Assembly (NCBI GenBank): GCA_032718475.1
Contig: JAUCBJ010008878.1
Span: forward strand, 1 to 64,000
Length of the DNA stretch: 64,000 bases
Origin: Nemertoderma westbladi
Lineage: Eukaryota > Animalia > Xenacoelomorpha
Direction: 5' to 3'
Under the pieces are notes generated by a model, which was not told the origin of the DNA, searched no databases, and saw nothing but the letters and a program-made list of their open reading frames with translations. Position 1 is the stretch's first letter, and every line of letters begins with the position of its first letter. This document shows positions 1 through 8,824 of this stretch, in pieces. The translations under genes were made by a program, and so were the position numbers.

Positions 1-9
1 AAATGAGCA

Positions 10-15
10 TTTATT
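10..15 (-). promoter_or_regulatory. Putative polyadenylation signal of SNX29
   Basis: TTTATT on + reads AATAAA on -, about 30 nt downstream of the stop codon. Confidence 0.5.
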
Positions 16-43
16 AGCTTAATTTAACTTAACAGATAAATAA

Positions 44-3000
44 TTATAAACCCTGATAAGCTTCCCTTGCGGTTTCGGTTTGAGCTGATGGGGAATCCTT
101 GAAGAAAGGAACCCCATGGCAGAAACTGCGTTTCGAGTTGAGTAACTGTGGGTTCGAACGGACAATGTGGTTGACTGCGACCCTCAGATAGGTCTGCAAC
201 AAATCCCTGCGTGACTCAACCAGCTTCGGGTCTAGGTTGCCAAGCGACCGCTTGGGAGGGAACTTGACCCCAGATAGGGTGGGGAACGCGGTCGACACTT
301 GGTTGTGAAAAGCGCGGAACTGTGTGTAACGACGATAAACGTTCCACTCGATATTGCCGTTTCCCAACCGCACGTAAACCTGGTAGACGTGGAACGGCCC
401 ACTGTAGGACTCCTGTAGCATGGCAACCGGGATCCATATGCACACGGCGAGACTGATAGGACTGGAACGCCCCCCTCCTACCCCCTTGGCTCTAGGGGGA
501 AGCGGAGGCGGTCCGTCGTTGAGATACTGTAATTGACCAATAAGACGATCTTTAGCGACCAGTCTCATATGCAACAGTTCGTTAAACTGCATCAACTCCC
601 CGTGCATTTCGGCCATTTGGACTAACTGTTTCTCGTATTGTTCTACTTCCTCGAGTAGCTCCACTTCCCCCCGACTCCTCATAGACTGAGCAGCTGGATC
701 CAGCCGAGGTAACCCCTCTATTAACCTATCATCCTTCTGCACAGCAGCCACGTACCGCTTCAGTTGGCGTTTAATCACCTCGTTTTCCCTCTGTAATCCT
801 CGAGTCCGCGCTTCCACTCGAACCAGTTCCGCCTTGCGTTCCAACTCCAACGCATTAATTCTTTCCCTTAACGATGAATTCATCTCCATATGATGTTCTA
901 ATAACTTCCTGGTATTACCATTTTGTTCTTCTAACTCTTCGTTTTTTATCATTAGAGCAACAACCGACTGCCTCAAACTATCAATGTCTTCAGTGGTCAC
1001 CCGCGTATCGGCGGTTGTTGTGCTCGTTATCGATTGGTCACAAACGTCATCCAACGATTCGCCAGAACCAGCCGCTCCCAATATAAAATCTGTTTCGGTA
1101 TCACAATCCCCGAACACTATCTCTTTCCCGCATTGAAAGTTCCCATTAGCCCAACAGTTACCGTCCAGTGTCTCTAAAGGCGAAATATTCTCACATTGAA
1201 GGTCTCCATTAGTTGCCTTGCTTTCACTAATAAAGATCTTATCATTTTCTTTCCATTGCGAACCCTTACTGATTATGCTACTATTTTCAGTCTCAACAAC
1301 TTCAAGACGACCAAAATCACTCACTGTTGTGTATTGTGTTGGTTCCCGAATTGGATGTTGTGCTGTTTCCATTTGTGTTGGTATCCGAATTGGATGTTGT
1401 GTTGTTTCCATTTGTGTTGGTAGCCGAATTGGATGTTGTGTTGTTTCCATTTGTGTTAGTAGCCGAATTGGATTTTGTGTTGGTTCCATTTGTGGTGGTA
1501 CCCGAATTGGATGTTGTGTTGTTTCCATTTGTGTTGATACCCGAATTGGATGTTGCGTTGGTACCATTTGTGTTGGTTCCCGAATTGGATGTTGTGTTGT
1601 TTCCATTTGTGTTGCTACCCGAATTGGATGTTGTGTTGTTTCCATTTGTGTTGCTACCCGAATTGGATGTTGTGTTGTTTCCATTTGTGTTGGAAGTTGT
1701 GTGCTTTCCGTTAGAGATGATGGATGATGTGTTGTTTGGAATTGAGTTGTTTCCATTTTAATAGGATGTTGTGTTGTCTCCATTTGTGATGTATTTTGTG
1801 GTGTTTCCCCTGCATTACCTTCAATGAACAATCCATCCTCGGAAAATATTTCAATCTCTCCCACCCTAACATCCCTATAATATATCCCTGCAGCGAAGGA
1901 ATCGCTTAAGGAACTGCTGGTATTAGGCAATGAACCACCAATGGATGACTCATCGGGACTATAGCTTGACACATTGGCAGGAGACTGGATCGTGAAGGGT
2001 TTACTGACAGGGGGAGATTCTCCGAATCCGTCATCTGCTGTTAGGTAGGAAGTGACTTCGGAAGAACTTTCATCGAATGAGCTGACATTTGGTACCCCAT
2101 CTAGAGTGGCTGAACGCAACTGGTCTGATAACGAAACCAAATTATTGAGAGTTTCATCAAGAGTTTCGTCAAGAGTTTCGTCATCAAGATGTTCAACACA
2201 ATTAAATATCTGTGACATGATCAAATGTGATTTCTTTATCGATAAGATAGATGTCGAATTTTTGGGGAATTTCGAAGGTGAATTAAGTTCTTCCCTAGAG
2301 GAAGGCGAATCAGAGTTATTGCAACTTACTGCCGAATCGCTGCGAAAACTTCGCGTTGCGGTCTGACTTTGTAATTTATCATTACTCCCTCCGTCTATAA
2401 GCGATATGTGCGCAGGAAGCTTAGCTTTGCTACGTTTTCGTTGTCGCAGTAACGGTGCCTCTAGACTCCCGGAGGAGACAGGGAGAGGTGCGAAGTCCGT
2501 TCGAACACCGATATTGTGTCGAGGTGGAATATTAAAGTCCGCGTTGTCAATATTAATAGCAAATATAATGGAATCGAGCCCGGCGGCTATTCGGGGAAGC
2601 AAACTGGCACATTCGTCGTTCCTTAGAAACGCATAATCGTGGTAGAAACGCTTGAGTGTAGACGGGAAATCCAAAATTGTTTGGAAAAAGCGTTCTAGCG
2701 AATGCTCATTGAGAGCGGAGCGAATCCATGTTCGGAACGACCCGGTAGGGGTGCGAATGTGTCGGAGTTGGACAAATCGTGCAGATTCATCTGGACTTAG
2801 GTGAAGCACGACCAAACTCCAGGGGCTCTGAGTGGGGGTGTCCAAGGCATCCTTAATGATTTCGTTGAGTTTAAGGGCGACGTCTCTAATGGACGTGGCC
2901 GTGTTGTCCCAGGTTGAGTCGCCCAATCCATGGTAGAACACCTCCTCGAGATACTCTAGCAAGGTTTTTATCTGGCTATCTTTCTCTGAGGCTAGCTCAG

Positions 3001-3166
3001 TTCTACCCCCGTAACGGATTTGACATTCCTTAACGGCCGCAAGGAGACCTTCCTGCAGTTTTTCGCGTTCGTTAAAAAAATCGTATTTTATATTTTTTGT
3101 CCTATTTGTCGCTATCGGTTTTGATGGTTTACTCATAATCGGTAGGCCTACTGCATTTTGCATCAT
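44..3166 (-). CDS. SNX29: Sorting nexin-29-like (RUN domain, Ser/Thr-rich linker, coiled coil, C-terminal PX domain); single exon
   Basis: Uninterrupted ORF. N-terminal RUN-like segment (LLAAVKECQIRYGGRTELA...WIRSALNEHSLERF...LDSIIFAINIDN), coiled coil YEKQLVQMAEMHGELMQFNELL, PX domain (FHVYQVYVR...WNVYRRYTQFRAFH...FPPKRSLGN...VESRRDLLQTYL). The ORF-track start at 3238 is TTG; real ATGs are at 3166, 3163 and 3136. Confidence 0.88.
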   Translation of the reverse strand: MMQNAVGLPIMSKPSKPIATNRTKNIKYDFFNEREKLQEGLLAAVKECQIRYGGRTELASEKDSQIKTLLEYLEEVFYHGLGDSTWDNTATSIRDVALKLNEIIKDALDTPTQSPWSLVVLHLSPDESARFVQLRHIRTPTGSFRTWIRSALNEHSLERFFQTILDFPSTLKRFYHDYAFLRNDECASLLPRIAAGLDSIIFAINIDNADFNIPPRHNIGVRTDFAPLPVSSGSLEAPLLRQRKRSKAKLPAHISLIDGGSNDKLQSQTATRSFRSDSAVSCNNSDSPSSREELNSPSKFPKNSTSILSIKKSHLIMSQIFNCVEHLDDETLDETLDETLNNLVSLSDQLRSATLDGVPNVSSFDESSSEVTSYLTADDGFGESPPVSKPFTIQSPANVSSYSPDESSIGGSLPNTSSSLSDSFAAGIYYRDVRVGEIEIFSEDGLFIEGNAGETPQNTSQMETTQHPIKMETTQFQTTHHPSSLTESTQLPTQMETTQHPIRVATQMETTQHPIRVATQMETTQHPIREPTQMVPTQHPIRVSTQMETTQHPIRVPPQMEPTQNPIRLLTQMETTQHPIRLPTQMETTQHPIRIPTQMETAQHPIREPTQYTTVSDFGRLEVVETENSSIISKGSQWKENDKIFISESKATNGDLQCENISPLETLDGNCWANGNFQCGKEIVFGDCDTETDFILGAAGSGESLDDVCDQSITSTTTADTRVTTEDIDSLRQSVVALMIKNEELEEQNGNTRKLLEHHMEMNSSLRERINALELERKAELVRVEARTRGLQRENEVIKRQLKRYVAAVQKDDRLIEGLPRLDPAAQSMRSRGEVELLEEVEQYEKQLVQMAEMHGELMQFNELLHMRLVAKDRLIGQLQYLNDGPPPLPPRAKGVGGGRSSPISLAVCIWIPVAMLQESYSGPFHVYQVYVRLGNGNIEWNVYRRYTQFRAFHNQVSTAFPTLSGVKFPPKRSLGNLDPKLVESRRDLLQTYLRVAVNHIVRSNPQLLNSKRSFCHGVPFFKDSPSAQTETAREAYQGL
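1330..1790 (-). repeat. In-frame 36-bp coding minisatellite (about 10 units of TQMETTQHPIRx plus degenerate copies)
   Basis: Unit ccgaattggatgttgtgttgtttccatttgtgttg.. repeated; 12-aa periodicity is visible in the translation. Confidence 0.92.
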
Positions 3167-5084
3167 TGACAGATCGATAATGGATAACAATAGCCTGATA
3201 GCTAAAAAAAAAGCTGCAAGGACAGAACAGCAGAACAAAGGCTGGAAAGCAGTACCGGTCAGCCGGTAGGTCAGTAGGTAGCCTAGGTCAGGTAGGTAAT
3301 ATTATGTATGTTATAACTTATACCTCAGTACCTGTATACAGTTATATGCAGATATCTATACGACATGCATGGACCACCAATGCTGCAATGGACTGCAGGA
3401 CTTGACAGCTAATTACAATTAATTACGTCCTCTACAGTTCTGCCATGGCCTGGTTCTGCAGTTGACAGTAAGCTGTTAAGATATACCTGTAATACTGTAA
3501 TAAGCCTGACAGCCTGAAGTCAGTTATCAGGTTATGTCCAAGGACTACAGTAATCTGGGGTGACTTCGATACACTTTTTACATTTTGACTTCGATATACT
3601 TTTTACATTTAACTGTGAATATCTTTTAAAGTTTTTATCCTACAGAGATGTTATAAAAAGAAAGTTTGTTAGTAGATATGAGTATAACACTACACAACAC
3701 GTACACCACTAGACGAATGCACTTTTTGAGGTGCTTAGTCTAGTGGTGTTTTTTTTTTTCAACCAGCTGTATCATAAGTCATCCCACATAATGGGGTGCT
3801 TGATACACAAGCAAATTTTCCGCAATAATAGCACTCTGTCTGTATGTGAATGCGTTCGGGTCATGTTGTAGGCTGTGGGGGTGACTTAGCTCGATTTAGC
3901 TTTGTGTATTGCTTTGTTCTAGCTCGGTGTAGGTCGGAATAGCTACAGTACATAATGTGTAATGTAAAATATTTCGCCGCTACTTTACTTACGCTTACGT
4001 ACCATACAGTACTTTATTTTAGATTAAACAATTTTAGACTCATCTCATGTATTAATTTATTTGTACTTATTTAGACAGTTTTTTTTATTTTTATTGTACT
4101 TGAAATCGCACCTTCTAGTTCTACTAAATGTATATTGATGCACTGTATATTGGAGTATTTAAGTTTTTTGTCCGTTTTAATTTGTAAACCAACCTCTGTA
4201 TGTCCTACGTCGGTCTCAGTAGTTATTCGTTTTGTTTCTTTTAGTACTGTAGTTCAATTTTAATGTTCGTTTTTATTTGCGTTTTATGGGCACTATATTT
4301 TATGAATTTTAAAGTTCGTTTTATAAGTAAATATTGTATGGAGTTAATCGTTTTTTTTCTTATTATTTAAGTTCGCTTTATTTCCGTTTTATGGGCATAG
4401 CTTACTCGCCCTGTAATTTATGAATATGAATAATAGTATTGTATTAATTGTTATAGCTCGGTATAGCTAGGTATTAGGTCGATATATCTCGGTCGGGCTC
4501 GGGCCTAATACAGTATATACAGTAGCAGGCCATCATGGCCTAACATTAAACCCATATTTACTCCATCCACACTCCAATCCTACTGTACTTACATTTCTAT
4601 GTACTGTAACTGCCTGTCCCAGGCTATATACAGTAGCACAGGAATTAGCGCAGGAAAATTCAGAGCGGTTAATAATTATTATCTGTTCGGAATGATACTG
4701 TTTTGATTTTTCAGAAGTCAGTTGAATAGGCCTACAGATTTAACAGTGATACTGTAGCTATCCCGAAAGAAAATAAATGAGAATTAATCAATTTCAATTC
4801 ATTGTTTTGCAATAAAAACAGTTATTTTTAGAAAATTTGAAATTTAAAATAAAAAAAAACACAATCACCCACGTTGATTCCAAAGAAACATGTTACTACA
4901 GTAGTTTTGAAAACAGAGCATATACTGTAAGACATTATAGCGTAGAAGATCATTTTGTGAAAAATGTATATTCTGGTTCGGACTTTAAACAAATTTAATC
5001 AATATAATCCGTGTTTTTGTTGCAATATGGTTTTCAAAATGTTCATTTCGAACCTACTTTCCTTAGGCCCTACAGTACACTAAA

Positions 5085-5305
5085 AGCGGTTGAAGTTGTT
5101 AATGAGATTGGTTGGCCAGTTGTATACAATTGCCGTAGACTATACATCATGTTCATGTCATACGCTTACGTACTTTCTATATGTTGTTATCATCTATCAA
5201 GTCAACCGAAACAATGAACTTTGTGTTCTCCGTAAACAAGGAAGTTCATTATCGCTCATAAAATCTACGTTTATGTACGGAACTCTTGTCATATCTGTTT
5301 CTAGG
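5085..5305 (+). promoter_or_regulatory. Non-coding block upstream of ARM-TIR copy 1, homologous to 23668-23912
   Basis: Collinear matches ttgaagttg.taatgagatt, gtatacaat, tatcaagtca..gaaaca.tga.ctttgt, ggaagtt.attatc, gaactcttgtcata.ctgttt. Confidence 0.55.
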
Positions 5306-7139
5306 TAAATACTTCTGCATGTGTTACTACTGTATAATGATTTCTAGTGTAGAATTATTATTTTATAAGTAATATAAGGCGAAACATACCGTCGTCAAAT
5401 ACTCCAAAACATAGGCCTACACTGATCTGACTTCCTACAGATACAGTACAAGTATAAACTAAGTAAGAAAGTATAACTTTTGACTGTCTAACTTTGAAGA
5501 CGTTAGACTTCCTCTTAATCTACACCCTAACCTAAAGGCGCACTGAGGATTGATAACAGGCAGGTATTGGCAAATAATATGTTTCAAAAGTAATATATTT
5601 TAGAGTTGTTACTGTCATGTATCCCTAACCCTAAGTCATAAGGTCCAATGGTAATGTCCAAAATTCCACAAAATTTCTTAGACCAAAGCCTTATGACTTA
5701 GGGGTATTAAATCCTCGCGCTTAGTGATTGGCTGAAATAATATCCACCCCAAGCGATTGGATAATTTATCGAAATATAATGAGAGGCCTATTTGAATATG
5801 ACATACTGTACAACAGTACCGTAATTGGTAGCCTACAATTTAGGAAATTGAGGATTTTCAAAGGATTCCCCCCAATATCAGCCTAACATTTGCGGGCAGA
5901 TATATTACAGCATAATTGTGTATTTAAGCTCTCCTCTAAATCAGCCAATCATTAGCGGGCGGATTTATTACAGCATAATTGTGTATTTAAGCTCTCCTCC
6001 TAAATCAGCCAATCGCTAAGGGGAAGGTAAAATCACATAGATGTGTCCATTTATATCAACCCCTAAAATAGGAGGAGAAATTAATCAATTTGTGAATTAT
6101 TACACCCCGTAAATAATAAATCCGCACCCTTTTGGGTAGCGGGGTTTTAAAACCAAATGTATGCCATAATATTATATGTTAATAAATTCACAAATAAGAA
6201 AAAGTCAGAAAGAACGAAACGACTGAAAGACTGAAACGACGGTTTTCAATATCTTTGCGAATGTTTATGTTTATTCCCTTAGCAATCTTATTGCCAATTG
6301 CCGCTCCTATACTGTTAGTGCCATAGATACAATACTGAAGCAACCAACAGATAACATAACACAACATAATCATCAGATCCTGGATTCTATAGCCAGGTCG
6401 GTGGAAAAACAGTTCAAAAATAAATTACGGTTGGCTGCTGAGTTAGTTTTCCAAGCGGTGTCAAGAGGATAGATAGGTAGGCCTACTGTTCCCTGGGTTG
6501 CTGGCGCATCCCGGTGCTGACGGACACCGGCTGTCACTCATCCTGGACCTGCCCTGCATTGTTTTTTTTTTGCCAAAACGTAGCGGCAGCCACACTCTTT
6601 AAATCACTTAGCTTTAAGTAGGCCTACCTGTCTGCGGTCTGCATGTGTGATGTGCTCTTCTTACTGGTCCGCAATGCCTAATCTCTAAAATCACATACGG
6701 AATCTTCTCCATAGGAATCCATTACATACGCACATACGCGTATGTGCATACGGATACGGCAAATGCATACGGATACGGCGAAAAGTTATACCCATTTTTT
6801 ACCGCTTCCAACATAATTAACTAATTAACTGCTTTCTCTTAGCTTCTCGAAGGCCCCATGAAAATTCTACTTGGAAAATTTCTAAACTTTTGCCAAACCT
6901 CTGTAGGCCTACATGTGTACCAAGTTTGGTTAGATTTCATCGAACATTGCCTGAGTTATTAACGTTTAAATTTTGGACGCTACAGAACAACAGGTCAAGA
7001 ACGAGAGACACACCGATTGAGATAGTGGCACCAGTATGATAAGCATACATGTAATGACTGCCTACTGACCTAGTAAGGTACGGTAATCACTGTTATACTG
7101 TAGGCCTAATTATTTAGTTTCAGTATCAGTATCAGTACA

Positions 7140-7370
7140 AAGCAAACAGTCGGCTGAAGTTGAAGGTGCCCTGAAGACTCCTCTTTTGATAGCTGCTACC
7201 CGAGGGTAGGGGTTGGCGCTTTTCCTACTCCAAGATTTGCTCCCAGTAATTCATCTGGTCCTCATTTTATCGAACCCAGGGGATGGAAGGCTGAGTGAAC
7301 CTGGGCGGGGCTCGAACCTACAACCAAAATATTGCAGGCCCGCGCTCAACCAAAGAGGTACTCCGCCTTG
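7140..7370 (-). mobile_element. tRNA-derived SINE with Nin-like central domain
   Basis: Reverse-complement homolog of 41224-41459; tRNA-like head with B-box ggttcgagccc; core cagccttccatcccctgggttcgataaaatgag; TSD atcagtaca at 7131-7139 and 7371-7379. Confidence 0.85.
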
Positions 7371-8070
7371 ATCAGTACAGTCCGTATATTATCGTAATAA
7401 ATTACCAGTACTAAAATGTAAGTTCGTTTGATACGGGGTGTGTGAGTGAGTGTGTGAGATTCGGTTTTGAGGAGTGGCAAATATCATACATAATAGAAAA
7501 AATATATAGGCCCCTAATAAATCCATTACAAAATAATATATATTATTTATATATACTGTATATTTCTAATAATAAAAAAAGAAAAAAATAATTATTTTAT
7601 TATTATTATTAACTGAATAAACCACTTACAATCCATTTTATTATTAAATCACCTAGGGCTTGCAACAACAATGATATTATTTACTAGGCCTATATTTACA
7701 AGATTGTTTAAGTAGTTTGGCTTTATTAAGGATACAGTAGAGTACAGGTACAGGAAGTTTGATTTGATTAATTGGGACGATGTAATAAATATATTTGAAG
7801 ATGCAAAATCAAAATCTAGGAGAGTATTAATTGTAATCCTACTGTACAGTAGTATAAACATTTTTAAAAAATGTAATAATATTTTAAAATCGGTAATAAA
7901 ATCGGAATTTTATGAATTTGTAGGTGGAGTAGTGGGGGGCTGTCAGCTTGTCACATGGCGTCAGAAAGCTGTAATTTTCGCTTCGGCGTTTTTTGTGGTT
8001 GCTGATTTCATTTCTGATACCAGTTTAGTGTTTGGCAACGTGGGGTTCTTCCTGGTCGGTGACTCGCTTA

Positions 8071-8345
8071 AGCCCCGTTCACATCCAATGGGGCGTGAGC
8101 GGTAAAGTAGTCTGGCAGTATTGAAGCGGTAAGCCAGCAGTACACTACCCGGAGCCCATTCACACCCAACGGTACCGTTGCGGTAACTGATTGTCTATCT
8201 GTAGACTGTGAATTCAACAGGAAATTACATTAATTGTTTTAACATTGTTTAAATGGGCTGCGGTACACCGCGCGGTTTAGCGCACAACTACCTGTTGGGT
8301 CATTCACAGTCAGCGGTGTACCGTTCCATTGTATGTGAACAGGCT
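8071..8345. mobile_element. Harbinger-like MITE
   Basis: Imperfect TIRs agccccgttcacat / atgtgaacaggct, TTA on the left flank, internal ttcaca and gcggta repeats. Confidence 0.55.
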
Positions 8346-8824
8346 TTTTCGAATTCGTGGAGTGATTTCCGTTGCTAGTGTTAATGTTAGGCGAAATCTA
8401 GTCATTATTCAGTAAACTAATGCAACCTATCACTTTTTCAGCATTCATTTTGAAATCATGCAATATTAAAATCATCATATCTTCAAAATTAAACAAGTTG
8501 GGTACCCTGTGTCTATCTTTCATTTTTAGAATCGCCATTAACATCTGACACTAAAATCGAAAAAATGTTATTTATTTAATTTGTTTGGCATATAAAGGGC
8601 GACCTCCCTACCCATGATTATTGTGCATAGTGATTTGCTGCTACATTGTACGAATGGATTATTACAATCATAAAATATATACATACATACATACGTGTAT
8701 TTTGTGAAATTGTTAAGGTGAGGTATGAAACCTTTAAGTTACGTTATGTATAGGTAATTTCAGCATAAATATTTTGAAGTTGTCTTAAAATTATTGTATT
8801 TTTATAGAAGTATCAATTCTCAAA

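Noticed and set aside
1196-1761. Cys/Val-rich repetitive + strand ORFs (CCVVSICVG...)
   Set aside because: Antisense shadows of the 36-bp repeat inside SNX29.
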